DNA from: Chiloscyllium plagiosum
Taxonomy: Eukaryota
DNA: 64,000 nt
NCBI RefSeq assembly: GCF_004010195.1
Contig: NC_057718.1
Span: 18,499,689 to 18,563,688 of the forward strand
Reading direction: 5' to 3'
Position 1 is the first letter of the stretch, and each line of letters begins with the position of its first letter. Below, piece by piece: positions 1 through 12,580 of the stretch. The notes below the pieces were generated by a model. It saw only the letters and a list, made by a program, of their open reading frames with translations. It was not told where the DNA came from and did not search any database. The translations under genes and the position numbers were made by a program.

Positions 1-815
1 TGTAAGATGAAAAGCTTTGACAAAATGTATAATTTTTTTGCAGTAATGCTATAGTTCTGTACTAGTGATCTACCTTATTATTATTATTTGAGAACTTTAG
101 TTTTAAGGTGGGTGAAAAATGATTTTAGATTTAGGAATTATGGGAAGGTTTGACTTGTTTCTTTTAGCGGTCAGTAAGTTACTTTGAACACTGATTTCAG
201 TTAAATGACTAGCAAGCCATTTTGGGAAATAATTCCGAAGCTATTTAATGACTTAAGTTTTATAACCTCCTGAGAGAGAAAGAGGGGGCCAGAAGCATGT
301 TCATACAGAGAAAAGAGATCCATAACAGCTGAAGATGGCTCTGGAGGTGTCAGAGAAGATATCCTGTTTAAGACAGGATGTTATGGACACCGATGTTAAG
401 TGAGCTGAATTAACAGTTTGTTTTAAGGGTCTTGGGGAGAGACATTAATTGAAGAAAATAACATTGACAGAATATGCAGAAATTTGCCAAAGTTAAATCA
501 GTTACAGCCATACCAATTGAGCAAGATGCTTTAGTGTGAAGGAAGTGTTGACTCTTCCCTGAGGTTTGTGTATTGGAAAGCTTATTGCTGTTGTAAACTT
601 TTCTTTCTGACATATATAATGAGATTGTTACAACAGTTCTCATGTAGTACAATACAGCTCATGTTTTTTTAATGCAGAGCTTTTTTTATCGAAAAGACGC
701 CTCTTGTGAATATGTTCTATCATCTCCATTGGAAAAGACAAAGAAAATAAAACTTTTGGTCTTTCTAGCCAGGATTTCCTCTGTCTGTGTGTTACCATCA
801 TCTGGGATCATAAGA
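1..815 (+). mobile_element. Possible solo LTR (Gypsy-like), degenerate
   Basis: Starts TGTAAG at base 1, has AATAAA near 747 and ends ...CTGGGATCATAAGA (a degenerate ...ACA end). No coding sequence; the left flank is outside the window so no TSD can be seen. Confidence 0.35.
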
Positions 816-999
816 AGGAGAAAAAAGAAATACAAACATTTTCTGCAACTGGCCGTGAGGATGTTAAAAAAGGTGAACTGTGACTGTTCCTCTCTTTGCC
901 ATAACAGTAAACCTCACAGATACCTAACTTCCTTTACCCACTGCTGTCACATACCAGTTACTGCATTACTTACTTTAAAACTGGTGAGAATAAAATGAC

Positions 1000-1102
1000 A
1001 CAAAAACACACGCTCATACATATCACATTGACAAACAGATTTGTGCGCACACTCTCACAAATGCACACAGTCTCACAGAAAAACACACATGCCTACATAC
1101 AT
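1000..1102. repeat. Degenerate (CA)n-rich simple repeat
   Basis: Interrupted ACAC/CACA runs visible directly. Confidence 0.6.
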
Positions 1103-2429
1103 GTTTAAAGGTCATTCAGTTATGAGTGTTGCAGAATAATAGAGGGAGTTTTGGGATTCATTTCTCAGTATCAGTGAAAAGCCCAGATTACCATTTAATA
1201 AAAACAGATTTGTTTATTCTGCCATTTCAAATGTGATATTTGTTATACCGAACACCTTTATAGTTATAAGATTGTAAATCATCTCGCTGCCAGTGAACAT
1301 TGCCAAATGAGAAGTGTTACTTAACAATATTAAGTTTAATGAATGGCAGCGCGTGGTTGACAAAGTTAACCCTTAGTAGTTTATATAATGAAATTTCCCT
1401 AAATATAGCCTGAACTGCTGAGCATTTCCAGCACTTTTGGTTTCCGTCTTAGAATATGAAACCGCTTAGGATTGGAATAAAATTGTGTGGACCATTCCAT
1501 CTGTCCTAAAGGATCAAATGCTACACTTATTCTCCATTTCCCCCAACTGCTTCTTTTAAAAGCCCATTCTTACCTGCTGACTGTTCTCAACATTTAACAT
1601 TTCCATGAAATAACTAAATCTGAACCTATCGTTCAGCACACCTCTCTGGGTTCAATACTGTGATCCACCCTCCTCCCCATTTGCAGAGCCTGTATCAAAC
1701 TATTTCGTGGAGTTCACTTATTCTGTATCTGTCTCCCTGTGGAGTCTTGAAAGTTTTCATAAGGTTCCCCAAACTGCCTTCTCAGCTTAGGTGTGTAGCC
1801 TTTGGCACTATCTTCAACATCTCCCCTACTCACACAACAATCAGACTCAGAGACAGCACTTAATAGAAAACACACCACCACATTCTTTACTTTCACTTTA
1901 TTTCCATCACCTCACACCTGAGATCTCACTTATCTCTTTCATTGCTGATGCATAATGCACTAATGAGCAATCTCTGTTTTCAGGCTGGTTGGGAATCATA
2001 TTAAAAAATTCTTTTAATCAATATTTGACCGTTAAATGAGAATAGCTTGAGATGGAGAGGGTGTCATTGAAGTTGGACAAAAGCAGGACTTTATCCATCT
2101 TCTTTAATAGAACTGAGTGTTAGGTGTGCTACACAATAGTTAGCAAATGTGACCCTACCTAATTTATGCCCCTGCCCTTTCATCCCAATGATTTGACCTG
2201 TAGTTTTTGTCAATGGAGTGCATTCTGCATATTATCTGTGAAAAGTAAACAGTAACAATGTCTTTGCAGTTCAGAACTCATATGGTGCTAAAAATTGCTA
2301 GAGTCTATTATTACAATCACCCTGAATTAATTGTTCTTTTTCTCCAGTTGTAGCTATTATCTTGAATGTACTTACAATGGGAAATTAGTGATCTTTATGC
2401 ACATCTCCCTATTAGTCAGCTACTAATGG

Positions 2430-2550
2430 TGGAGAAGGATATAGGGTTAGCACAGGCAATTGATACAAAGACGGATGATCAGCCATGATCAAGAATGGCA
2501 TAGCAGGCTTGAGAGGCTGAATGGCCTACTCCTGTTCCTGTGTTCCTATT
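2430..2550 (+). mobile_element. CR1 LINE 3' tail fragment
   Basis: GATCAGCCATGATC...GCAGGCTTGAGAGGCTGAATGGCCTACTCCTGTTCCT, the CR1 3' stem-loop/tail seen in other copies here. Confidence 0.75.
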
Positions 2551-3174
2551 GGTGAATGGTCCTTCAACAGGACATGACGATCATCTGAGTCTATTACTAA
2601 TTCCAATGTAGGTAACCAGCAATGCAGGAATTTTCTGCACAATGATATGACTCTAGATATGGAATAAATAATGTCTCAGGCCAATGTCCTTATGATACAA
2701 TGTCTTCATGCAATCAGAGATTAACAGCAGCCAGCAAGTTTTACAACAAACAAAAGAAAAACTGTGCCAGATGGTGAAATATTAACAAAAGAAATTGTTT
2801 TTCAATAGGCTAGGTGCCTGAAGCTGTGAACTATTTCTGGGACTAGTCATATAGATGCCCTTATTAAAAGCTTCCCACCATAAACACATTATTCACATTC
2901 CAGTTTAAATGCCATTATGACAAAAATATTTCATCTCTCATATAAATGATGCATTGCAGCAAAGAGCCTCTGCTAATGATTAGCTTTTTCCACTACACCA
3001 AAGCTGCATTAGATTTACAGGTACAGTCTCAGAAACATCCAATGCAGTTGTAACAAGATTTCCCCAAACTGCGTCCTGTTTAGATTGTGCCAATGGTCAG
3101 TAGTAGTTTCCAGATAACTGTTAGGTTTCCCTTTATCATTAGTTATCTCTACTCATAGATGCCCCAGAGGCTAG

Positions 3175-4075
3175 ATACAGGAGTAGGCTATTTAACCTTT
3201 CAGTCTGATTATTGGCTTTAATTGAGCAATATGTTTCTTAATTCCTTACTCGTCATGATCTTGTCATCCTTAACACCCTTGCTTAGCAAAAAACTAGCAA
3301 TCACAATTTTAAAAGACACCACTCCTCACAATCCCAACAGCATTTTAAGGCTGAGGGTTGCAGATTTCCAGAGCCCTTTGTGTGAAGATGTACTTTCTGA
3401 TATCTCCCCTGACTAGCTGATCTCTACTCTTAAGACTTATGTCCCTACTTTGTTCTGGAACCCATTCATCAGAGGAAATAGCTTCACTCCTATCATTTCC
3501 TTTGTTCATCTTAAGTACTTCAATTTTCCATGTTAAAAGAATTATAAATCTAGTTTATGCAACCTGCTCTCATAATCTAATCCATTTTTCTCTCATGGGA
3601 TCGCTGGAGAGGCCATCATTTGTTGATCATTGCAAATTGATCTTGAACTGATTGGCTTGCCCAGACATTTCACAGCGCAGTTAAGAGCCAAACACAGTGT
3701 TGAGAGTCAGGAGTCACATGTCAGTCAGACTGATGGCAGACTTTTTTTCCCATAAAGGCGTTAGTGAATGAGGTCAACATTATTGGGACTAGCTTTCAAT
3801 TCTATGTTTATTTTTGAATATAAATTCAGTAGGCATGGTGGAATCTGAACTTGTGCCTTCAGGCCATTGGTCTGATTTCTGGATTTCTAATCTAATAAAT
3901 TACCATTGTCTCCCCTTTTAGTCTAACTATCACTCTGTTGAATTTGCACAGTATTGAACACAACACTCGAATTGCGGTCTAGTCAGAGCTTTGTATAGCT
4001 GTCACAAAATTTTGACTCCTTTGCATTCAAGCCCTCAGAGAGAAGGAGCATTCCATCAGCCATTTAAATGATATT
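3175..4075 (-). mobile_element. Old CR1 3' fragment interrupted by a SINE (about 3592-3915)
   Basis: Reverse CR1 tail CAGGAGTAGGCTATTTAACC, then degenerate ORF2 C-terminal sequence; resumes near 3950 (CACAACACTCGAATTGCGGTCTAGTCAGAGC). Confidence 0.6.
3592..3915 (-). mobile_element. tRNA-derived SINE, family B (core CTACATGTGACTCCAG)
   Basis: Minus-strand head GGGAGACAATGG...GTTCAGATTCCACC with B-box-like motif; body GGAGTCACATG shared with copies at 18800, 30780 and 63800. Confidence 0.6.
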
Positions 4076-4117
4076 ATTTTACCTCAAACCTCTTCAGTTA
4101 TCTTCCTATCCTAATCT

Positions 4118-4208
4118 GTTATTCCTGATGAAGGGCTTTTGCCCGAAATGTCGATTTCACTGCTCCTTGGATGCTGCCTGAACTGCTGTGCTCTTCCAGC
4201 ACCACTAA
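4118..4208 (+). mobile_element. Penelope-like 3' terminus (family A), tail-less arm with hammerhead core
   Basis: CTGATGA at 4125-4131, stem II GGGC/GCCC, then GAAATGTC; 14-bp direct repeat TCCTATCCTAATCT at 4104-4117 and 4209-4222. Confidence 0.85.
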
Positions 4209-4459
4209 TCCTATCCTAATCTATGCCTTTCAAAAACACTACCGTACATTCATCTGCCATTGAGGTTGATGTCAGGAATGAAAAGCTTTCACGTGTCTCC
4301 ACATCTGACCCAATTCTTTATGCCTATTATAAAACAATTTTGGTGACTTTAGCTATTTTGCCTTTTCAATTTTGTATCTAGTCTGTAATGTCATCTCACA
4401 GCTTCACTTGATCAGTCACACAGATTTGTTCATCCTGATCCAGTGTATGTGTTATAATT

Positions 4460-4900
4460 CAGAGGGTAGCACTATTCACCTCAACCCAGAAAGCCATGGG
4501 TTCAAGCTCCATGTGCAGGTAATTTACACAGAGAATTTATGCAATACTGAGGGAATGCTGCAGTGCGGGAGGAAGCATCTGTCAAAACAATGCTCCCATT
4601 GTCCTGCTCAAGTCAGAGACTCCAGGGTGCTACTTGGTTGAGGAACAGGAATATGCTGCCAATGCTTTGGCTGATAATTTTCTGGACTATCTGGATAAAG
4701 CTGGCTACCAACCCCCTCATTACCCACCACCAGCACGGAAGTAAAGTCAACAGAGCAGCCAGTGTCTGTGGGATCATGCTATGTGCAAATCCACTGTTTC
4801 ATTCTCTGCAGAAGTAGAAATGACTGTGCCATAGAGGTGAAATATATTGAGATGTCTTTAAGATCAGAAAGGAATTGTTTGTATTCAAGCTTTTTCTTGA
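4460..4900 (+). mobile_element. Deu-domain-type tRNA SINE (SacSINE1/AmnSINE1-like), old
   Basis: Head GGTAGCAC...GGGTTCAAG, core ATACTGAGGGAATGCTGCAGTG and CTGTGGGATCATGCTATGTGCAAAT, L2-like tail. Confidence 0.6.
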
Positions 4901-4950
4901 CACCCTGGAACCACCAGAGCATGTGCACTAAATTCCCCAATCTGGGAAAA

Positions 4951-5260
4951 TAGATTAGATTACTTACAGTGTGGAAATAGGCCCTTCGGCCCAACATGTC
5001 TACACAGACCCGCCAAAGCGCAACCCACCCAGACCCATTCCCCTACATTTACCCCTTCATCTAACACTAGGGGCAATTTAGAATGGCCAATTCACCTAAC
5101 CTGCACATTTTTGGTCTGTGGGAGGAAACCGGAGCATCCGGAGGAAACCCACGCAGACACAGGGAGAACGTGCAATCTCCACACAGAGAGCCGCCTGAGG
5201 CAGGAATTGAACCCGGGTCTCTGACGCTGTGAGGCAGCAGTGCTAACTACTTTGCCACCC
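4951..5260 (-). mobile_element. HE1/V-SINE
   Basis: Minus strand shows A/B-box tRNA head (GGGTTCAATTCC), V-domain GTCTGCGTGGGTTTCCTCCGGATGCTCCGGTTTCCTCCCAC, CR1-like tail and (TCTAA)n end. Confidence 0.9.
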
Positions 5261-5499
5261 ACAGATGTGGAATTGGTCAATGAAAAATTTAAACCGAAAA
5301 TCGATAGTGACAAAATGTCCAATATGAAATCTTAACTCAACTTCTGTAAATAAGCAGCATTTTTCTCTTTCAATCTCAGATTTTCAGTACAGCTGACCTC
5401 TTTCGTTACCTTGTTTTCGTCAAAGTGATTCTGGCAGCTTTGAATTTATCAGATTTTATATGCAGCTGGAAACAAAAGCAGGATTTATGCAGGTGGTGA

Positions 5500-5757
5500 G
5501 AATAGATCTAAGATATAAAATGATGGTAACTACTTTTACCATGAGAATGACAGAATGTGTAACTTGGTAACAAAAGGAAGCAGGGGAGCTGAATGGCATT
5601 GGGCTTCTGTCAGGGGAGGTTAGATAGGTACAAGACAGAGAAAAAGGATTGAAAGTTATGCTGATAGGATTAAATGAAGAAGGGTGAGGGGAAGCTCATA
5701 TGAAGTGCATTGAACAGTTGTGCCAAATGGCCCATTTCTGTACTGTAAATTTTATGC
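5500..5757 (+). mobile_element. Old CR1 3' end
   Basis: Degenerate ORF2 C-terminus followed by tail GCCAAATGGCCCATTTCTGTACTGTA. Confidence 0.6.
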
Positions 5758-5849
5758 ACTTCAGTGAGATAGATGCAATCATCATAGTGAGAAATAACAG
5801 CGAATTAGTACCTCCTTCTGAGCGGTCAGACTTCTCAGACGCCCAGAAT

Positions 5850-6180
5850 CACCACGACAGAAGGAGGCCATGCAGCTCAGCATGCCTCTGGAAGAGCTAT
5901 CCCATTAGTCCCACTCCCCTCCTTCTTCTCATACAAGCCTCCTCCATTAAGTATTTATCCTTCCCCTTGTGAAAGGTATTTATTGAATATATTTTTAGGC
6001 AATGCATTCCGAATCACAACAACATGCCATATAAGAAAAAATATCTCTTCCTCTTGCCTCTGTTTGTTTTGCCAAAAACATCAAACTTACATCCCCTGGT
6101 CAGTGACCTGCCTGCCAGTGGGAACATTCTCTCCCAATTTACTTGATCGAAATCCCTCATCGTGCCTTTCGTTGTGAGTT
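5850..6180 (-). mobile_element. Old CR1 3' end
   Basis: Reverse tail ACAGAAGGAGGCCATGCAGCTCAGCATGCC followed by degenerate ORF2 end. Confidence 0.55.
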
Positions 6181-7432
6181 CTGATGTTAATCTGCATGCC
6201 AGATAAGGCAATGTGGAAGCTCACATTGGAACAAATGAAAATGTAAGGCATTTTAGAATGCAGCCTCATTCTGGCCTCTGAGGGTTAAGACGCTCTACAG
6301 AAGAATGTCTCCTTAGAAATTCCTTTCCAAGTTGCGACTGAAGTCTTTCCCACACTGCAGAATGCATACCCCAACAGAGAGACTCCTTCATTCTTGACTC
6401 AAACATCCTGCATCTGAATAGATGAGGACATAAACGTCCATTCTGTACTAAGATACAATCCTTGGGCATTGAATTATTGGGCCATATCACCCCTGAGCTT
6501 AGCATCTTTGTTGCTGCATCATGGCACTGCACCGATGTCCAGGGAGGGGAACTAAACTCTATAATCCAGGGATTTAGAAAATGCAAATTTATGTCAATCC
6601 CAAAGCCTGTTCCAAATGTCTTAAATTTTGTACCCTGTCCATAAAATCAAGTATTAAAAAGCAATACAAAGCTGATTGAAACAAAATAGGTTGGAAAATC
6701 ATTTTTACAATCATCTTGAATGCCTTCATGCCTGTAGAAGGGGGTGGGGGAGGTCTGTCTTATCAAATTTTAAATGTCTCTGATCCTACTTAGAGTTCCT
6801 TCCTGCTTGACTCTACTAATTATTCTCTGAAGTTCGTCTGAAGTGCTGACAAAGCTGACAGAATGTGGTGTGGTTTTGACGGAAGTGAATTAACAACTTG
6901 TAATTGAAATTCAAAGTTTGTTGAAACTTTCAATCTTTCCCTTGCCACCCACCCTGGATTAATAATTAACACATAGAAATTACTGTCGTCATTAATAGAT
7001 GAATGCCTGAAACTTTTCTGTATATATCTTGAAATAAAATGCCTCACATTTGCCTCAAAATAGCAAAGGGCTGTCAAGCAAATTCAACACATGGTAGTAT
7101 CACTGTCACTTCTAGGCACATATCCAGTGGTGTCACTGCTTTGTGAATATGGAAACATCCAGATTAGGAACAGAAGTGTACCATTTAGCTTACACATGTT
7201 GGGTTGGAAATTGTGGAAAATTGTAAATCCTTCCTTCTTCCCTTTCATTTTGTGTAGTCTGCTTGAAGACAGATTCATGACTCATTGTCTGCTGATACTT
7301 AATTTTGTTGATTTTGTCCATGACACTTTTCCTTTGGGGGGGCAAATAGACAGGTTCCAAATCTACCTCAGCTGGAATGGGAACCAAACCCATGCTGTGT
7401 CTTTAACCACACACCAACATCTAGCCTGCTGC

Positions 7433-7485
7433 ATATATATATACACACACACATAATATATATACACTGTGTATACACACACATA
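7433..7485. repeat. (TA)n/(CA)n compound microsatellite
   Basis: ATATATATATACACACACACATAATATATATACAC visible directly. Confidence 0.8.
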
Positions 7486-7625
7486 ATCCTCTATATTGTC
7501 AGAGGGTGGATTTTATGGGAGGATAGATGAACTGTCCCTGTCAACTTAACAATCTGCCAGCTCCCTATCAACCAGAAAGCTGTCTACCTCTGCTTTGATA
7601 ATACACAGGGTCTCACTTGATTTAG

Positions 7626-8159
7626 GAGAAAGTGAAGAATGCAGATGCTGGAGATCAGAGTTGAGAATGGGGTGCTGGAAAAGCACAGAAGGTCATGCAG
7701 CATCCAAGGAACAGGGGAATCGACGTTTCGGGTAAAAGCCCTTCATCAAGAATGAGAGTCCCAAAGTGGAAGATGAAGCGTTCTTCCTCCAGGCACGGTT
7801 GGTCAGGGAGTGGCGATGGAGGAGGCCCAGGACTTGCATATCCTTGACAGAGTGGGAGGGGGAGTTGAAGTGTTTGGCCACGGGGTGGTGGGGTTAGTTG
7901 GTGCGGGTGTCCTGGAGATGTTCTGTGAAGCGATCTGCAAGTGTCCAGTCTCCCCAGTGTAGAGGAGACCGCATCAGGACCAACGGATACAGTAAATGAC
8001 ATGTGTGGAAGTGTAGGTAAAATTCTGATGGATGTGGAAGGCTCCTTTGGGGCCTTGAATCAAGATGAGAGGGGAGGTGTGGGCATAGGTTTTGCAATTT
8101 CTGCAGTGGCAGGGGAAGGTGCCGAGAGGGGAGGGTGGGTTGGTGGGGTCATGGACCTG
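7626..8159 (-). mobile_element. 5'-truncated Penelope-like element: GIY-YIG C-terminus plus family A hammerhead terminus
   Basis: Minus-strand frames give HVIYCIRW..., LADRFTEHL and AKHFNSPSHS (GIY-YIG domain); degenerate core TTGATGAAGGGCTTTTACCCGAAACGTC; 11-bp TSD ACTTGATTTAG at 7615-7625 and 8160-8170. Confidence 0.88.
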
Positions 8160-8669
8160 ACTTGATTTAGAGTGAGACGTCCCCCCAAATCTGGAAGCAA
8201 GTCCTGCTATAGAGCTGCTAGGCAACCTCATTTGCCGGGAGCTGTGTCAATCCAGAATCAAGTAGTAGCCACTACTGGGATTACAGACAGCGCAGGAAGA
8301 AGAGTGATCAATTCCCAACTTCAGACAATCCAGCATTTTGATGAGGCCTGGCTGGCAGACACCAGTGAGAAGATGGGGGCAGGTCCGTAATTTACAGGCT
8401 AACATAAGGAGGGGATGCTTAAGTGGCAGACTACAATCACAGGCTATTTCCACCTCTGGCCACCCCTACCTCTGCACACCCCATTCCTAACTCCCCCATT
8501 GAACTACACTCTTTTCTGCCCGAAATTGCTCATTCAGTGAAATCTGCTGAGATGTCTTGTCCTGCTGCACGTGCTGTAAGGGAAAAGATGGAATAAGTAA
8601 CATTGTCGGAATATAAGCAAAATGCTCCTTCTGCTGTTAGAACCAGCCCTAATTCATTTGACGAGGACC

Positions 8670-9250
8670 TGGGAGCAAAAGCAGTGTATTTAGCCCTTCG
8701 AGTTTCTTCTACCAGTCATGAAAATCATGAGTGATCTGATTGTGGTCTCAACTTCACATTCCCCACGTAATCATTCACTCCCTTTATAGAAACCCTACAT
8801 CCAGCCCATCAAGTCCACAGCAACTCTCTAAAGAGCATCCTACTCAGATCCAACTCTCTTACCCTATCCTTGCATTTACCATTACTAATCTACCTAGCCC
8901 GCACACCCCTGGCTGCTAATGGGCAATTTACCACCATCAATCCACCTAACCTGCACATCTGTGGTATGTGAGAGAAAACTGGACCCAACCCACGCAGACA
9001 CAGGGAGAATGTGCAAGCATCACACTGACAGTCACCCTCAGGTGGAATTGAGCCCAGGTCCCTGGTGCTTTGAGGCAGCAGTGCTAACCACTGTACCAAT
9101 GTACTTATCTATTGAAATCAATTTTGTTCTGCCTTGAATATGTTCAATAACCCAGCTTCTGCTGCTTTTTCAGGAAAAGAAGTCCACAGTTTAAAGACCC
9201 TTTGTCACAAGTAATTCTCCTCAACTCTATCTTAAATGGGACGCATCTTA
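8670..9250 (-). mobile_element. CR1 3' end split by an HE1 insertion
   Basis: Reverse CR1 tail at 8670-8785; body resumes at about 9100 (CTGCCTTGAATATGTTCAATAACCCAGC). Confidence 0.6.
8786..9098 (-). mobile_element. HE1/V-SINE (older copy)
   Basis: GAGGCAGCAGTGCTAACCACTGTACCA head and CCACGCAGACACAGGGAGAATGTGCAA V-domain, as at 4951-5260. Confidence 0.85.
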
Positions 9251-9954
9251 TTTGTCGTCTCCCTCACAAGAAGACACATGCTTTTTGTGGCAGGTTTGGT
9301 TGGCAATGAACACAGCAATTCTTTGATACTCAAATGGAAATTGAAGGTGCCTCATCGTGTTTGGCAATATATTGGTGGAACAGGAAACTCCTAGCAATAT
9401 GTGATGATTCACAACGCATGGAAAATTTGCCAAAATAATTGTTGGATGTTCATTGGTGAATTCCTGATAAGCAATTCCAGAAAGTCTCCAGAGAATAGTG
9501 GAATGTAATATCTGCCAGGGATTGGCACACCTGCTCCTTCAGTCATTTTACATTTATTCTGTGGCTGGTGGAAATAGCCATGGGTTTGGGCAAGGAAGTT
9601 TCTGGTCAGGGTCATGAGGTGGCAATATGCTGCAATGTCTGAATTTCCTAAAGATTGTCTGATCTCCCCCACCACCACCCCTCTACCCACTCCCAATCTA
9701 TTGTGCAGGGTGAAGGGGAATCTCTCCCAACACAAAGATTTTTAACTAACATAAATCAAGGAGTACGAAGAGGCAATTCAGTCCCTTAAGTCTGCTCCAT
9801 CACTTGGTAATTTCATGGTTTATCATCTTGCAATCTCAAATTCTCATTCCTGCCTATCCCAACAACCTTCCATTCTGTTTCTTGACAAGAATCTATCTAT
9901 CTCTACCTTAAAAATATTCGAGGACTCAATTATGTATTGTATAATAACAAACAG

Positions 9955-10241
9955 TCAATCTCTTTATCACTTATGCTCAGTAGCAGCAGTACACACCATC
10001 TATGAAATGTACTGCAGAAATTCACCAAATTCCTTAATCAGTGCCTTCCAAACCCATGACCACTAGCATCTAGAAGGATAAGAGCAGCAGATATATGGTA
10101 AAACCACCATCTGCAAGTTGCTGTCCCAGCTTCTCATCATCCTGCCTCAGAAATATATCATCGTTCCTTCATTATCATCAGGTCATAACTGGAACTCCCT
10201 CTCGAACAGCATCATCGCTGTACTTACAGCACACAGACTGC
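9955..10241 (+). mobile_element. Old CR1-group LINE 3' part; continues at 12833-12930
   Basis: Homologous to 24850-25005 (CCTTCCAAACCC...CATCTAGAAGGA); breaks at ACTGC and resumes at 12833 ACTGCAGCAGTTCGAAGACGCAGCTCACCACC. Confidence 0.7.
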
Positions 10242-11740
10242 CATAACGAAACGGGACAAGTGATGGGCTTGTTAGTGGGTGAACATTTTGGTGATGGTGA
10301 CCACAATTCTGTGACTTTCACCTTGGTTATGGAGAGAGATAGGTGCGTGCAACAGGGTAGGTTTTACAATTGGGGGAAGGGTAAATACGATGCTGTAAGA
10401 CAGGATCTGAGGAGCATACGTTGGGAGATAGGCTGTCAGGGAAGGATGCTGGAAATGTGTTGCTGGAAAAGCGCAGCAGGTCAGGCAGCATCCAGGGAAC
10501 AGGAGAATCGACGTTTCGGGCATAAGCCCTTCTTATGCCCTTCGGGCATAAGCCCTTCCTGAAGAAGGGCTTATGCTCGAAACGTCGATTCTCCTGTTCC
10601 CTGGATGCTGCCTGACCTGCTGCGCTTTTCCAGCAACAAATTTCCAGTGCTGATCTCCAGCATCTGCAGACCTCACTTTCTCCTGTCAGGGAAGGATGTC
10701 ATGGAAATGTGGAACTTTTTCAAGGAACAGATACGACGTGTCCTTGATATGTATGTCAGGCAGGAAAGAGATGGTTGTGTGAGGGAACCTTGGTTGACGA
10801 GGGAGGTTGAATGTCTTGTAAAGAGGAAGAAGGGGGCTTACATAAGGTTGAGGAAACAAGGTTCAGACAGAGCATTGGAGGGATACAGGATTGCTAGAAG
10901 CGAGCTGAAGAAAGGGATTAGGAGAGCTAAGAGAGGGCATGAAAAATCTTTGGCGGATAGGATCAAGGATAACCCCAAGGCATTTTATGCGTAGGTGAGA
11001 AACATGAGAATGACGAGAACAAGGGTATGTCCGATCAAGGACAGTAGTGGGAGACTATGTATTGAGTCGGAAGAGATAAGTGAGGTCTTGAATGAGTACT
11101 TTTCTTCAGTATTTACAAACAAATGGGACCGTATTGTTGAAGAGGAGAGTGTGAAATGGACTGGTAAGCTAGAAGAGATACCTGTTAGGAAGGAAGATGT
11201 GTTGGACATTTTGAACAACTTGAGGATAGACAAGTCCCCCGGGCCTGACAGGATATATCCTAGGATTATGTGGGAAGCAAGAGAGGAAATGGCAGTACCG
11301 TTGGCAATGATCTTTCCGTCTTCACTGTCAACGGGGGTGGTACCAGCGGACTGGAGAGTGGCGAATGTTGTGCCCCTGTTCAAAAAAGGGAATAGGGATA
11401 ACCCCGGGAATTACAGGCCTGTTAGTCTTACTTCGGTGGTAGGCAAAGTAATGGAAAGGGTACTGAGGGATAGGATTTATGAGTATCTGGAAAGACACTG
11501 CTTGATTAGGGACAGCCAGCACGGATTTGTGAAGGGGAGGTCTTGCCTTACAAGTCTTATTGAATTCATCGAGGAGGTGACCAAGCATGTGGATAAGGGA
11601 AGAGCAGTGGATGTAGTGTACATGGATTTCAGTAAGGCATTTGATAAGGTTCCCCATGGTAGGCTTATACGGAAAGTCAGGAGGCATGGGATAGAGGGAA
11701 ATTTGGCCAATTGGAGAGAAAACTGGCTAACCGGTCGAAG
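10242..11740 (+). mobile_element. Young CR1 LINE ORF2 fragment (endonuclease C-terminus to RT), ends at assembly gap
   Basis: ORFs give [51 protein letters not shown] and [13 protein letters not shown]. Confidence 0.95.
10449..10682. mobile_element. Head-to-head family A Penelope termini (hairpin) inside CR1
   Basis: Inverted arms at 10449-10532 (-) and 10557-10682 (+); perfect 16-bp TSD CTGTCAGGGAAGGATG at 10433-10448 and 10683-10698. Confidence 0.92.
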
Positions 11741-11748
11741 NNNNNNNN
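11741..11748. other. Assembly gap (8 N)
   Basis: nnnnnnnn in the sequence. Confidence 1.
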
Positions 11749-12177
11749 CAAGTTTCACAACATCCTTCTGATAGGAAGGAGACCAGAATTACACGCAATA
11801 TTCCAACAGTGGCCTTACCAATGTTTTGTAGAGACACAACATGAACTCCCAACTCCTATACTCAATACTCTGACCAATAAAGGAAAAACATACCAAATGC
11901 CTTCTTCACTAGTGAGTTTTGAGAAGATTTGTAGCTCAGGTTGAGGTTCTGGATGTCGGTTTGCTCGCTGAGCTGGAAGGTTCATTTTCATGAATGTTTT
12001 CAGCTCAGTGAGCAAACCCACATCCAGCCTTCTTCACTATCCTATCTACCTGTGAATCTACTTTCTCGGAGCTATGAACCCGCTCTCCAAGGTCTCTTTG
12101 TTCAGCAACACTCCCCAGGACCTTCCCATTAAGTGTATAAGTCCTGCTAAGTTTTGCTTTTCCAAAATGCAGCACCA
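11749..12177 (-). mobile_element. CR1 ORF2 C-terminal fragment
   Basis: Reverse complement of the region seen at 23420-23625 (CCACTGTTGGAATATTG...TGGTCTCCTTC). Confidence 0.8.
11912..12026. mobile_element. Hairpin of Poseidon-like (family D) termini
   Basis: Matches 50650-50712; inverted short arm CAGCTCAGTGAGCAAACCCACATCCA; 13-bp TSD GCCTTCTTCACTA at 11899-11911 and 12027-12039. Confidence 0.85.
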
Positions 12178-12560
12178 TTTTGGACAGAAGTCATCTCCCA
12201 AGCCATAAACCCTGATTCCTGAAGAAGGGCTAATGCCCGAAACGTCGATTCTCCTGTTCCCTAGATGCTGCCTGACCTGCTGCGCTTTTCCAGCAACACA
12301 TTTCCATCTATAAACCCTGACACCCATCTTCAATACACCCATCCCCCTGGACCCCTTCCTCTGCTACTTAATCTTTTCATTGTGAGCTGCCAACACAATA
12401 TCAGCCACCTTCATCTCCCGGCTTCACTCACCCATCCTTTGAACTTTGTTGTGCTCTGTTCTCTCCAGTCTTAAGTCTGTCCTTGTTATCAAACCTGCTG
12501 ATGAAGGCTGGTGCGATTGTCTTCTGGCGTGCTCACCCCTCCCAAGTGCCAACTCTGCAA
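12178..12560 (+). mobile_element. Degenerate Penelope-like ORF fragment upstream of RT
   Basis: LVIKPADEG resembles the PLE IKPADKG motif. Confidence 0.6.
12211..12251 (+). ncRNA. Minimal type I hammerhead ribozyme motif (family A, intact core)
   Basis: GATTC-CTGAAGA(12219-12225)-A-GGGC TAAT GCCC-GAAACGTC-GATTC; insert 12216-12309 has 11-bp TSD ATAAACCCTGA at 12205-12215 and 12310-12320. Confidence 0.8.
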
Positions 12561-12580
12561 CATTTAATAAATTTAATAAT

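Noticed and set aside
6266..6586. 106-aa minus ORF with HLF.C...W resembling an L1/Tx1 C-terminus
   Set aside because: The match is too weak and there is no other L1 sequence nearby.
10995..11771. Longest ORF (258 aa) as a functional gene
   Set aside because: It is CR1 ORF2. The upstream part has a stop, frame disruptions and a hairpin insertion, and the ORF runs into an N gap.
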